Assembly (NCBI GenBank): GCA_043803385.1
Contig: JAZDKA010000041.1
Location: 19,799-83,798 of the forward strand
Origin: Patescibacteria group bacterium
GTDB taxonomy: Bacteria > Patescibacteriota > Minisyncoccia > Moranbacterales > JAKLHP01
DNA: 64,000 bases
Direction of reading: 5' to 3'
Below are positions 27,670 to 36,912 of the stretch, in pieces. A model generated the notes under the pieces. The model made no database searches. It was not told the DNA's origin and saw nothing but the letters and a program-made list of their open reading frames with translations. The first letter of the stretch is position 1. Every line of letters begins with the position of its first letter. A program made the position numbers and the translations under genes.

Positions 27670-28779
27670 TTAGGTGTTGAATTCCAGGAGTATTTTCTCC
27701 CACCTCTCTGGAAATAAATCGGGACCCGTGCATGAGGTAACTGTATCAGCTCCCATATCGAGGGATTCCGTGACATCATCCTTATCCATTATCCCACCAC
27801 CTTTGATTAGCCAAAGGTTTACTTTTTTTCTCAACCCAGAAAAATAATCGTTACCCAACTTCTTAATTATCTTTCCAGAAACCGCTCCACCTCCGACTTT
27901 TTGCAATGGCGATCTTTGGCTATCTCCATATACAATCGAGAATGGGACAGCATTAATAGCATGAATAGCTTTCACGCCAATAAGCTCCGCTTCCTGGCAA
28001 AAATCATAAGTGTGCAGAAAACCGACTTTTGCTATAATATCCACGCCCTTTCGTTTGGCATTGGGGGCTATTAACCGTAAAAACATCAGAGATTTTTCCA
28101 TGGCCTTGTCTATGTCCTTATTCGTGTCTTCCTGCCTATTCGGGCAATACATAGCCAGTTCTATTTTACTGAATTTTCCCCCCATCGTCAGCTTTAGCTG
28201 ATTGATGACATCGGTGAATTGCAGAACAAGAACGTAAATGTTTTTAGAAAGATCGGGAAAAAAGTTGGGAATAGCCCAAATACCTTTTTTTGAGGATTTT
28301 CCGATTCTTTCGATGCTCTTTTTTGCTCCAGGACCAGTGTGATTATAGGAGTTTAATAATCCCATTTTGTTTCTTGTTCCAAAAAACTTCCAGAATTCAT
28401 ACGGGCTTATTATTTCTCCATTTTTGTGGATTCTCTGGATATACTTCCATGTCCACGGCCACCATATGTGAAAGTTTCCGTTCCATTTCGGGTAAGTAAA
28501 TGACTTTCCCTCAATGGGAGTCCGCGTGTCAATCGCAGTTTTGAGAAGCCCATTATACGAAGATTTCAAAATGCTGGGGAAAATTCCGTCACAATAAATC
28601 CCGAAAAGCGAATTTAAAGATATTTTTGGCATCCAATCCATTTTTTCACCTCTTTGAGTTATTTTTGAAACTTTATTCAATTCTCTTTGGAAACAATAGT
28701 TTCTCACCGTTCCAGGGATTTTTGACGATGCCATTGTTGTAGATAATATCGTCAATCTTTTCCTCCAGTTCATATCCAA
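27670..28779 (-). CDS. Dihydroorotate dehydrogenase family (FMN TIM-barrel) protein, divergent (TTG start)
   Basis: Has a YCPN active-site motif, GGGAVSGK (GGLSG-like), and LIKGGGIMDKDDVTESLDMGADTV (GGI..G.DA...GA). An unusual N-terminal insert (W-rich). Confidence 0.5.
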   Translation of the reverse strand: MDMNWRKRLTILSTTMASSKIPGTVRNYCFQRELNKVSKITQRGEKMDWMPKISLNSLFGIYCDGIFPSILKSSYNGLLKTAIDTRTPIEGKSFTYPKWNGNFHIWWPWTWKYIQRIHKNGEIISPYEFWKFFGTRNKMGLLNSYNHTGPGAKKSIERIGKSSKKGIWAIPNFFPDLSKNIYVLVLQFTDVINQLKLTMGGKFSKIELAMYCPNRQEDTNKDIDKAMEKSLMFLRLIAPNAKRKGVDIIAKVGFLHTYDFCQEAELIGVKAIHAINAVPFSIVYGDSQRSPLQKVGGGAVSGKIIKKLGNDYFSGLRKKVNLWLIKGGGIMDKDDVTESLDMGADTVTSCTGPDLFPERWEKILLEFNT

Positions 28780-28901
28780 CTGTTTTTCTGGAAATATTTA
28801 AGCCGAAGAAATCGGCTACGTTCCATGAGATAAGCTGGCAAACTTGTTCGTCCGAAATTTCAAGCTTTTTGGCAAAGTTAATTGTTAATGAACTGCCTCC
28901 A
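28676..28901 (-). pseudogene. Possible remnant of an amidohydrolase (dihydroorotase-like) C-terminus: ~75 codons, no start, +1 frame relative to the downstream gene
   Basis: Manual translation gives ...GGSSLTINFAKKLEISDEQVCQLISWNVADFFGLNISRKTVGYELEEKIDDIIYNNG..., which resembles the amidohydrolase C-terminal consensus (..ea....T.NPA...GL). There is no ATG and it overlaps the DHOD-like start. Confidence 0.3.
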
Positions 28902-28988
28902 AATTTAACTCATATTACCAATTTACAATAAATAAATCAAGTCAAAGCAAGGCTTTTGACCTTGCTTTTAAGACTGTACTAATATTGA

Positions 28989-29696
28989 TTAAAACCTCAA
29001 ATAATCTCTCCAATATCTATATAATTCTCTCGTCGCTTTGATATCACCAACATTATATTTGGCAATTTCCAGATATTTTTTTTCTTTAAATAACTTTCCA
29101 ACATCATCTCCGGTTATGCCTTCCGCTTTGGGGCTTTTGATCCCAAATGCCCGGCACCAGAGATGCAAATTTCCACGCCTTCGCATGGCGCCGTAAAAGC
29201 TTAATTGATCTAGCAAATCTATATGCTTTGAATCATATTTTTGACTGCCTATATATTTATGGGACATCAAATTCTTTGAAGGCCGAATATTGTGGATAGC
29301 CGAACGAACCATCAAGAACGGCACATCAAATCCCATTCCATTGAAACTTACAAATTCCTGATATTTTTCGCACAGCTTCCAAAATTGCTCCAGCATTTCT
29401 TTTTCTGACATCGGCTTGAGTTTTATTCCCCCTTCATCCGATTCTTCCTTTTTTTCTCCCGGTGATTGATAATAAACTCCGCCTTTGTCTTCCTCGCTGT
29501 CTAAAACTCCAATAGCAACAATTTCACCAGTTAAAGGAGAAAATCCTAATCCATTTTTCAAATCTTCCAGGGCAGTTTCATATTCTTTCTCATTCTGGGT
29601 TTCTCTTTTTATCCAGCGTGTCAAAGAATCCTTCGTTGTGCTATCTAATTTATCGTAATTTTCTCCCACTGTTTCTATATCAAAGATAAGTGCCAT
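28989..29696 (-). CDS. RNase H-fold 3'-5' exonuclease (DnaQ/PolB-exo-like)
   Basis: Exo I motif FDIET near the N-terminus, further acidic motifs (GFDVPFL), and YxxxD near the C-terminus. Confidence 0.65.
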   Translation of the reverse strand: MALIFDIETVGENYDKLDSTTKDSLTRWIKRETQNEKEYETALEDLKNGLGFSPLTGEIVAIGVLDSEEDKGGVYYQSPGEKKEESDEGGIKLKPMSEKEMLEQFWKLCEKYQEFVSFNGMGFDVPFLMVRSAIHNIRPSKNLMSHKYIGSQKYDSKHIDLLDQLSFYGAMRRRGNLHLWCRAFGIKSPKAEGITGDDVGKLFKEKKYLEIAKYNVGDIKATRELYRYWRDYLRF

Positions 29697-29707
29697 ATAG
29701 TTAGTCT

Positions 29708-29790
29708 TTAATTTCAAAATCCAAATGACAAATTTCCAATCAAGCCCAAATGACTAAATGTCAACTATTTGGAAATTGGTAATTTGAAAT
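29708..29790 (-). repeat. Family D palindromic element copy D2
   Basis: Reverse complement of D1 but lacking D1's ~35-nt internal segment. Confidence 0.7.
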
Positions 29791-30488
29791 TATTTAATGA
29801 TCGTTCCTTTAAACTTCTTCCCATCCATATAATTTCCCAGATTCATTAAATCTCGGCCGTTCATAATTGCCACCTCGATATTTTCTTCCTGGGCGATTTT
29901 GGAAGCAATTGGGTCGAAGGGCGCGTTCATCCCGGGATCCCACTTATCCCCCACTATTTTTCGGAAATCTTTCCAGGAAATTTTTTCTATTTTCTTAGCA
30001 TCGGGAAATTTTCGGGGATCCTTAGTGTAAACGTAATCAATATTGGATAGATTAACCACTCGCTTGATATCCATATATTTTGCCAGAATTACCGCGTCGT
30101 AATCAGAAGAAAAGCCCGGTCTCCAGCCAGCTCCAATTAAAATAGATTCTTTGAAGTTATAGAAATCTTCCAGATCGTGAGGATTGGTATTTATTCTTGG
30201 ATGGGCATAATTTCTGAAAATTGTTCTTAGAAAATGTCCATTCATTCTGGTCGCGTGAATTCCCAACCAATCTTTGTCATCATTGGTGACAGAGCTATCG
30301 CCTACCTTGACTGAAGCCTCGATATATTTTCTGGCTGTTTTTCCTCCTCCGGTAATTAAGATAAATTTATAACCTTTTTTGATGTAGCCAACAATTAATT
30401 TCTTGAAGTTTTTTACAAATTGAGCATCGATTTCATCGGGAACGATGAGCGATCCTCCAAGAGAGATTACGATGGTTTTTTTTGCCAT
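29790..30488 (-). CDS. pyrH: UMP kinase (amino-acid kinase family)
   Basis: Start taken at MAKKTIVISLGGSL. Has ITGGGKTARKYI and ILIGAGWRPGFSSDYDA...YTKDPRKFPDAKK. Confidence 0.75.
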   Translation of the reverse strand: MAKKTIVISLGGSLIVPDEIDAQFVKNFKKLIVGYIKKGYKFILITGGGKTARKYIEASVKVGDSSVTNDDKDWLGIHATRMNGHFLRTIFRNYAHPRINTNPHDLEDFYNFKESILIGAGWRPGFSSDYDAVILAKYMDIKRVVNLSNIDYVYTKDPRKFPDAKKIEKISWKDFRKIVGDKWDPGMNAPFDPIASKIAQEENIEVAIMNGRDLMNLGNYMDGKKFKGTIIK

Positions 30489-30655
30489 TTTTGTCTGCGA
30501 GGTACGAGCAGCTACAAAAATGAGCATCCCGCACCAATTCTATTAGTTAACTTTTTATTATTTAAAATTAAGCCGCACTTGCCTAAAGTAAGGCGATTCC
30601 GTGAATAAAACTATAAATTTACTCAAGGATATATTCGGAATTGGTGCGGGAAGGC
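30489..30655 (-). repeat. Family B MITE-like element copy B2, filling the whole HIT-pyrH spacer
   Basis: TIRs gagcatcccgcaccaattc / gaattggtgcgggaag and the core aggcgattccgtgaataaaa. It ends ...cgcagacaaaa-ATG. Confidence 0.8.
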
Positions 30656-31105
30656 TTACTTGTTTAATTTAATTATTCTAGCGATTTTTTGGAGTTCTTT
30701 TATATCGGCTTGCTGACCTAATTGAGTTGTCAAATAGCCTTGATATTTTTTCAAAAATACTTTTTCTTTTGCCCAAACTGCTTTAAATTCCGGTCCGACG
30801 CCATGAAGTGGATATAATTTTATATGCGCGTGATTAACTCCCATTCCTTCCATTACTATTGCTACCCTGTTCACTTTTAATCCTTTCTTGAGGAGCTTAG
30901 CCACTTTCTTGGCGGCCAGAAAAAAATCTTTGTAAATTTTGTCATCCATCTCAATCGCATCAGAATCGTAATGCTTTTTCAGCATCACCAGCGCCATTCC
31001 CTTGGTATTGGGAAACGCATCTAAAATGGCGAGAAAATTTTTGTCTTCCCAGATTTTTACTGATGGAATTTCTCCTTTGATAATTTTACAAAAAATACAA
31101 GACAT
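30656..31105 (-). CDS. HIT family (histidine triad) protein
   Basis: CIFCKII...; the histidine motif is GVNHAHIKLYP. Confidence 0.85.
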   Translation of the reverse strand: MSCIFCKIIKGEIPSVKIWEDKNFLAILDAFPNTKGMALVMLKKHYDSDAIEMDDKIYKDFFLAAKKVAKLLKKGLKVNRVAIVMEGMGVNHAHIKLYPLHGVGPEFKAVWAKEKVFLKKYQGYLTTQLGQQADIKELQKIARIIKLNK

Positions 31106-31113
31106 AAATACTG

Positions 31114-31206
31114 ACTACGAATTACTAATCAAGTACAAATATACCAATATACGAATTAAAAAATATTAGTACATTCGTATATTTGTATTAAATTCGTAGT
31201 TCGTAG
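31114..31206 (-). repeat. Family A MITE-like palindromic element, reverse-complement copy
   Basis: >90% identical to the reverse complement of 7210-7302. Confidence 0.8.
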
Positions 31207-31212
31207 AGAAAA

Positions 31213-31656
31213 TCATTTAAAACAACTCGCCGCTCTCTGGTATCCTTTCTTTTGCGCTTCTGCTTCGCTTCCGAAGCAAACCTTATTTTCCGGCTTTATG
31301 CGCTTGGCATATGAACAGCTGGGAGGATAATATTTGTCGGAATTTTTACTACCTACGAAAGAGCAGCTTGTTGAGGTTTTCGGGGCTTCCTCCCCTATCT
31401 TAGTAGAAACCTCGCCTAACGTCAAATTTTGCGTTTTTTGGCTGTCTTGGGGGCTACTTGGAGTATTTGCATATTGGGCTGGTTTTTCAATAATTAGGGC
31501 TGGTTTTTGCCATTTTTCACCTTTCAGGATCCCAAATTGAAAGGAAATGGCAGCTACCAAAATTAGACCGAAAAGCAGCACTATTTTTTGCTCATATTTA
31601 AGCCAAACTTGCTTGATTTTCAGAAAATGCTTATTCTTGGGTTTTTCAGTTGACAT
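31213..31656 (-). CDS. Membrane-anchored protein with C-terminal Cys-rich putative metal-binding domain
   Basis: N-terminal TM segment and C-terminal CSFVGSKNSDKYYPPSCSYAKRIKPENKVCFGSEAEAQKKGYQRAASC. Confidence 0.45.
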   Translation of the reverse strand: MSTEKPKNKHFLKIKQVWLKYEQKIVLLFGLILVAAISFQFGILKGEKWQKPALIIEKPAQYANTPSSPQDSQKTQNLTLGEVSTKIGEEAPKTSTSCSFVGSKNSDKYYPPSCSYAKRIKPENKVCFGSEAEAQKKGYQRAASCFK

Positions 31657-31687
31657 AATTGATTTTTCTCGCTATATTTATGAAGTT

Positions 31688-31734
31688 AAATCACTAATCA
31701 ACGCGAATTAACTCTCGAATGCTCACGAATAGTC
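31688..31734 (+). repeat. Family G short repeat (aaatcactaatcNacgcNaattaactNtcgaat..tcacgaata)
   Basis: A second copy is at 38688-38735. Confidence 0.55.
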
Positions 31735-31794
31735 TAAAAATTATTAGTGATAATTTGTGATTAAAATTAGAGTAGATTCGCGATTTATATCATT

Positions 31795-32067
31795 ATGGCT
31801 CACAGAAAGGCTGGTGGCTCTACAACATTAGGACGAGATTCGATTTCCAAAAGGCTGGGCGTTAAAGTTTTTGGCGATCAAAAAGTTAAAAAAGGAAATA
31901 TTATTATCCGCCAAAGAGGAACCAAATGGCATCCGGGAAAAAATGTGAAACGCGGTGAAGACGATACTTTATTCTCTCTCAAAGACGGAATCGTGAAATT
32001 CAAGACAAAAAAAGTCAAAAACTTTACCGGCAAACTGGTGCAGAGAAGATTTGTGAGCGTAGTATAG
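31795..32067 (+). CDS. rpmA: 50S ribosomal protein L27
   Basis: [23 protein letters not shown]...[16 protein letters not shown]. Confidence 0.9.
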   Translation: MAHRKAGGSTTLGRDSISKRLGVKVFGDQKVKKGNIIIRQRGTKWHPGKNVKRGEDDTLFSLKDGIVKFKTKKVKNFTGKLVQRRFVSVV

Positions 32068-32089
32068 ATTATCAAAAAAACTTTTATAA

Positions 32090-32114
32090 AAGAGCGACAC
32101 ACTGGCGCTCTTTT
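32090..32114. terminator. Terminator hairpin between rpmA and convergent pyrG
   Basis: aagagcg-acacactg-gcgctctt followed by a T-run. Confidence 0.6.
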
Positions 32115-32145
32115 ATTTTATCATAAATATTCTTAATTCGTAATT

Positions 32146-33780
32146 CTATTTCTCAAGCCCTGCTTTTACGAATTCCAAAAACAGCGGATGGGATTTGATT
32201 GGAGAAGATGTAAATTCCGGATGGAATTGGGTTCCCAGAAAGAATGGATGGATATTTCTCGGAAGCTCGGCGATTTCCATTAATTTTCGATTAGGAGACT
32301 TTCCGGAAAATACTAACCCGCCTTTTTCCAATTTTTCAATATATTCCGGATTCACTTCCCATCGGTGCCTGTGCCTTTCGGAAATTTTGGTTTTTCCGTA
32401 AGCGTCAAACGCGATAGTGCCTCTTTTGAGATTGGCGGGATAAGTACCAAGCCTCATCGTGGCTCCATAATTTTTGTCTTCCAGATTTTTCTTTTGTTCC
32501 GGCATAATATCGATTACCGGATTTTTTGTATCGCGGTCAACCTCGGTTGTATTAGCATCTTTTAAATCTAAAACATTTCTGGCAAATTCGATAACCGCCA
32601 ATTGCATTCCGTAGCAAAGCCCGAAATACGGAATTTTATTAACCCGGCAATATTCGATTACTTTAATTTTTCCTTCAATGCCTCTTGAACCGAATCCTCC
32701 CGGAACTAGGATACCGTTATAATCCTTGAGTATTTCTATTTTATGAGGCTCTTTTTCGAACAGCTCGCTGTTTATCCAATCGACTTCCGGTTTGGCTCCA
32801 AGCTGGTAGCAAGCGTGCTTGATGGCCTCGATAACGCTGATATAGGAATCACTTAAAATAAAATCTCCCGTTCCGAAATATTTTCCCACAATTCCAATTT
32901 TAACTTTTTCCTTGGCTGATTTTATTTTTTCAACTAGCTCGTACCATTTTTGCAGATCTGTCTTTTGGGGTTTGAGCCCTAATTTTTTAAGGATTAGCCG
33001 GCTCAAGTCATCTCTTTCAAAATTAAGCGGAACCTCGTAAATGCTATCAATGTCCGGAGCTGAAATAACATAGCGTTCGGGAATATTGCAAAACATTCCC
33101 AGTTTCTCTTTTCTTTTAGCATCAAGGAAGGTTTCACTTCTGGCGATTATAAAATCAGGCTGAATTCCAGTACCATTTAAAGTTCTTACCGCATATTGAG
33201 TCGGCTTGGTTTTCATTTCTCCTATTTTAGAAGGTACGGGCAAGTAGCTTACCATCACAAAAATAACGTCTTCAGGATTTTTTATTTTCATCATTCTGGC
33301 TGCCTCCAGGAAAAGAATATTTTGATATTCCCCGATCGTTCCGCCTATTTCAACAATAGTAATATCAGATTTAGTTTTGTTGGATGCTTTTTCTATCCTG
33401 GAGATAACTTCCAGTGGAATATGAGGAACGACTTCAACGCATTTTCCGTTATATTCAAGATTTCTTTCCTTGTGGATTACAGTTTCATAAACTCTTCCGG
33501 TGGTCATATAGTTAGTTCGGGAAAGGGTAATATCCATAAATCTTTCGTAATTTCCCATATCCTGGTCGGTTTCGTCGCCGTCATCCAAAACAAAGACTTC
33601 TCCGTGTTCAGTCGGATTCATTGTTCCAGCATCCATATTGATGTATGGATCTATTTTTAGCGCAGTAACATTGAATCCCCTGGCTTTTAGAATCGTGCCG
33701 ATTGACGAAGTAGTTATTCCTTTTCCCACTCCGCTCATTACTCCCCCTACGACGAAAATGTATTTTCTGGTCTTTTTCAT
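32146..33780 (-). CDS. pyrG: CTP synthase
   Basis: N-terminal synthetase domain (VVGGVMSGVGKG) and C-terminal glutamine amidotransferase domain (GLCYGMQ). Length 544 aa. Confidence 0.95.
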   Translation of the reverse strand: MKKTRKYIFVVGGVMSGVGKGITTSSIGTILKARGFNVTALKIDPYINMDAGTMNPTEHGEVFVLDDGDETDQDMGNYERFMDITLSRTNYMTTGRVYETVIHKERNLEYNGKCVEVVPHIPLEVISRIEKASNKTKSDITIVEIGGTIGEYQNILFLEAARMMKIKNPEDVIFVMVSYLPVPSKIGEMKTKPTQYAVRTLNGTGIQPDFIIARSETFLDAKRKEKLGMFCNIPERYVISAPDIDSIYEVPLNFERDDLSRLILKKLGLKPQKTDLQKWYELVEKIKSAKEKVKIGIVGKYFGTGDFILSDSYISVIEAIKHACYQLGAKPEVDWINSELFEKEPHKIEILKDYNGILVPGGFGSRGIEGKIKVIEYCRVNKIPYFGLCYGMQLAVIEFARNVLDLKDANTTEVDRDTKNPVIDIMPEQKKNLEDKNYGATMRLGTYPANLKRGTIAFDAYGKTKISERHRHRWEVNPEYIEKLEKGGLVFSGKSPNRKLMEIAELPRNIHPFFLGTQFHPEFTSSPIKSHPLFLEFVKAGLEK

Positions 33781-33840
33781 AAATATGATTAAAAGCCGCG
33801 CCCCCCCGCGACTTAATTAATTCCTGTGTATATTATAAAT

Positions 33841-34302
33841 TTATTTTTCCTGAATGTCCAGAGCGACCTCCGTTTTGATGTTTTTTCCAAAGTCGATGGT
33901 TATTTTTCTTTCTCCGATGCTTTTTATTGGCTCTTTTAGGATGATGTTCTTCTCGCTTATCTCAAAATCTTGATTTTTGATCTCGTTGGCAATATCTTTA
34001 GTGGTTATCGAGCCGAATAATTTTCCTTTTTCGGCTTTTGCTTTGATTATTATCTTTTTATTTTGGATGTTAAAAGCAGCTTTCATGAGTCTTTCTTCCT
34101 CGTTCTTGTTTTTCTGCTGAATTGTTTCCTGCTCTTTTTTTAGCCTCTGAATTGCTTCCGGAGTAGCGATTTCCGCCAGTTTTTTGGGAAGCAAGAAATT
34201 CATTGCATAACCTTCGGCTACGTCTTTAAGCTCCCCTTTTCTTCCCAAGTTTTTTGCGTCGCTTAACAAAATAATTTTCATAGATAATTTTTTCTTGAGC
34301 AA
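33841..34302 (-). CDS. rplI: 50S ribosomal protein L9
   Basis: MKIILLSDAKNLGRKGELKDVAEGYAMNFLLP... Confidence 0.9.
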   Translation of the reverse strand: MLKKKLSMKIILLSDAKNLGRKGELKDVAEGYAMNFLLPKKLAEIATPEAIQRLKKEQETIQQKNKNEEERLMKAAFNIQNKKIIIKAKAEKGKLFGSITTKDIANEIKNQDFEISEKNIILKEPIKSIGERKITIDFGKNIKTEVALDIQEK

Positions 34303-34976
34303 TTATACAAAAACAATGAATGGGATGCCAAAGCTTTTAGCATTTCCGGATCGTCGATTTTTTGCTGGCGGTTATTTTTTGCTATTATTATGGCTGAAAT
34401 TATTCCATCTATTTCTTTTGGAGAAGTTATAATGAAATGATAGTCGTCTTCGAAAAAACTTCTGTTGCTTTCGAAGAGATTTCTTATTATTTCTTCATTG
34501 CTTACTTTCAAAAAAACTCTTTTTTTACTTTTTACCTCGCGTCCCGTTTCTCCATTTTTTATATTTATGAACCGCACCGAGAATTTTTTTGACTTTGCCA
34601 GAATATAGATTGATTCCATTAAAATATCAAAAAATTTTCTTTCTTCCCCAGCGTTCATCTTCGGAATTTCCAGAAGATTCATTGAAACGCTTTTCATTAT
34701 GTCCAATTTCCTGTTGGTTTCTCCGATATATGAATAAGTATCAGTAAGGCTTTTCGATATTACGCTGGTTTCTTTTTGCATTTTTATCTTGTCAGCCAGA
34801 TACCTATTTGACTGCTTTTCTTCCCATCTGAAAATAATAAAGCCGGTGAGTCCCAAAAGGAAAATCAAAACTTCCTCAATCTGCTCTTCCTGTAGAAAGA
34901 AGAATTTCCGATCGTGAGTAATTATATCTGGCACCAATACTGCCAGAACGAATAACGCCAGGTATATCCAATACAT
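34278..34976 (-). CDS. Hypothetical membrane protein (2 N-terminal TM)
   Basis: A 232-aa ORF upstream of rplI. No recognisable catalytic motifs. Confidence 0.45.
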   Translation of the reverse strand: MYWIYLALFVLAVLVPDIITHDRKFFFLQEEQIEEVLIFLLGLTGFIIFRWEEKQSNRYLADKIKMQKETSVISKSLTDTYSYIGETNRKLDIMKSVSMNLLEIPKMNAGEERKFFDILMESIYILAKSKKFSVRFINIKNGETGREVKSKKRVFLKVSNEEIIRNLFESNRSFFEDDYHFIITSPKEIDGIISAIIIAKNNRQQKIDDPEMLKALASHSLFLYNCSRKNYL

Positions 34977-35846
34977 CTATTCTTTTTTACAAAGCAGCTC
35001 GTTTATATATTTCTTTAAATCTTCTCCGATATCCTTTCTTTCAAATGCGTAGGACAGCATAGCTTTCATATAGTTAAGGGGATCTCCTGTTGTGAGCCAT
35101 TCTCCGTCTTCAATTTTTTTCGCTATAAATTTTCCGCCATTTTTAACATATGTCCTAATGGCATCGACAATCCAGAGCTCGTTGCCTTTTCCCAGGGCGG
35201 TATCCTTTAAAATATTGATGAATTCCTGATCCAAAATCATTCTTCCAAAGTCAGCCAAATTAGAAGGGGCTTTTTCAATAGGGGGTTTTTCGATAATATC
35301 CTCAATTTCCATCGTTCCTTCTTTTAGCTTCACTATTCCGTATCGATTTAAGACTTCTTTTGGCATTTCCTGGACTCCAATCATAAGATTGCCATTTTTT
35401 TCATATTCATCAACCATTTGCTTAGTGAAAGAAACTTTTGATTTAACTAAATCATCGCCGAAGGCGAAAACAAAAGGCTCATCATCAACCAGGCTAGCGG
35501 CAGATAAAACCGGAGTCCCATTTCCGTAGGGTCCTTTTTGGCGAACATAAATAAAATTTGCCATATCTGCTATATTTTTTACCATGTTTGCCAACTCGGT
35601 TTTTCCGTTTTTTTCAAGATCGTCCTCCAGCGCGATACTGTGGTCAAAATGATCCTCCAATGGTTTTTTGTCCCATTTTGTAACCATTATTATATCTTCT
35701 ATCCCGGCTTCTACCATTTCTTCAACGAGTAATTGTATTATCGGTTTATCGACAATCGGAATCATTTCCTTAGGCATTGATTTGGTGGCTGGAAGAAGTC
35801 TTGTTCCTGAACCGGCGACTGCAATTACCGCTTTTTTGATCTTCAT
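34977..35846 (-). CDS. galU: UTP--glucose-1-phosphate uridylyltransferase
   Basis: AVIAVAGSGTRLLPATKSMPKEMIPIVDKPIIQ... Confidence 0.85.
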   Translation of the reverse strand: MKIKKAVIAVAGSGTRLLPATKSMPKEMIPIVDKPIIQLLVEEMVEAGIEDIIMVTKWDKKPLEDHFDHSIALEDDLEKNGKTELANMVKNIADMANFIYVRQKGPYGNGTPVLSAASLVDDEPFVFAFGDDLVKSKVSFTKQMVDEYEKNGNLMIGVQEMPKEVLNRYGIVKLKEGTMEIEDIIEKPPIEKAPSNLADFGRMILDQEFINILKDTALGKGNELWIVDAIRTYVKNGGKFIAKKIEDGEWLTTGDPLNYMKAMLSYAFERKDIGEDLKKYINELLCKKE

Positions 35847-35849
35847 AAA

Positions 35850-35941
35850 TTCTAACCGATTCGAAATTACGAAAAATTATGCGAATCTGCAAAATTTTTG
35901 TTCGTAGATTCGCATTCAATTCGTAGTTTCGCATCGGGTCT
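35850..35941. repeat. Degenerate family A-related repeat (tacgaa/ttcgtag motifs)
   Basis: cgaaattacgaa...ttcgtagattcgcat...aattcgtag. Confidence 0.45.
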
Positions 35942-36739
35942 TTATAATAATTTCTTCTTGGCTATATTTTTTAATTCCTCATTGAATTCAGCGATTGCTT
36001 TTTCAATGAGCGGATCGAATTTTTTGTAAATTTCTTTTTTCTTGACAATATTCCCCGCTTCAAGAAGCGAATCGAATGTTCCGGCATCCAGCCATTCGCC
36101 TTTCACAATGCCTACTTCCAGCTCGCCTTTTTCCAAATAATAATTATGGAGAGAGGTAATTTCTATTTCTCCCCTATCGGAAGGCTTTACTTCTTTAGCT
36201 ACTTTCAAAACCTGATTGTCATAAATATAAAGTCCGGGAATGGCATAATCACTTATCCATTCTTTTGGTTTTTCTACTATTTTAATGGCTTTATTATTTT
36301 CATCGAATTTCACAACGCCGGATCTTTCCGGATCATTCACCTTTTTGGCGAATATTTTTCCTCCAGACTTAAAATTCTTAATATCCTCGGAAAAATCATC
36401 TTCAAAAATATTATCTCCCAGGATCATTGTTACGTTGTCATTGTCAATAAAATTTTCTCCGACAATAAAAGCGTCAGCCAAACCTCTCGGAGTTTTTTGC
36501 ACTTCAAAAAACAAATCGATGCCGTAATTTTTAAAAATTGATCCCAGAAGATTAAGGAATTGCCCGCTGTGTTCCGGCGCGACAATGACTAAAATTTCTT
36601 TAATCCCGGCTTTAATTAAGGTATTCAACGGATAGAAAATCATCTGCCGATCATAAACCGGTAAAAGCTGCTTGGATGTCGTAGCGGTGAGAGGGAGTAA
36701 ACGCGTGGCTGTCCCTCCGGCGAGAATAATGCCTTTCAT
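35942..36739 (-). CDS. rmlA: Glucose-1-phosphate thymidylyltransferase-like nucleotidyltransferase
   Basis: MKGIILAGGTATRLLPLT..SKQLLPVYD..MIFYPL. Confidence 0.75.
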   Translation of the reverse strand: MKGIILAGGTATRLLPLTATTSKQLLPVYDRQMIFYPLNTLIKAGIKEILVIVAPEHSGQFLNLLGSIFKNYGIDLFFEVQKTPRGLADAFIVGENFIDNDNVTMILGDNIFEDDFSEDIKNFKSGGKIFAKKVNDPERSGVVKFDENNKAIKIVEKPKEWISDYAIPGLYIYDNQVLKVAKEVKPSDRGEIEITSLHNYYLEKGELEVGIVKGEWLDAGTFDSLLEAGNIVKKKEIYKKFDPLIEKAIAEFNEELKNIAKKKLL

Positions 36740-36912
36740 GCAATTTTTATCTGCGAGCGTAGCGAGCAGCTATAAAAATTAGCATCCCGCACCAATTCGC
36801 AGTTTATATTTTAATTTTTTTGAAATTTGAGCCGCAGCCTGCCTCAGGCGAGGCGATTCCGTGAATAAAATTATAAATTACCCGTAGCTTTATTCGGAAT
36901 TGGTGCTGGACA
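36740..36912 (-). repeat. Family B MITE-like element copy B3 (its right TIR supplies the last codons and stop of rmlD)
   Basis: ttagcatcccgcaccaattc ... gcctgcctcaggcgaggcgattccgtgaataaaa ... cggaattggtgctgg. Confidence 0.8.

Noticed and set aside
33781-33840. GC-rich gccgcgcccccccgcgac between pyrG and rplI as a terminator
   Set aside because: The arms are not cleanly complementary (gccgcg vs cgcgac) and there is no T-run, so it is too weak to call.
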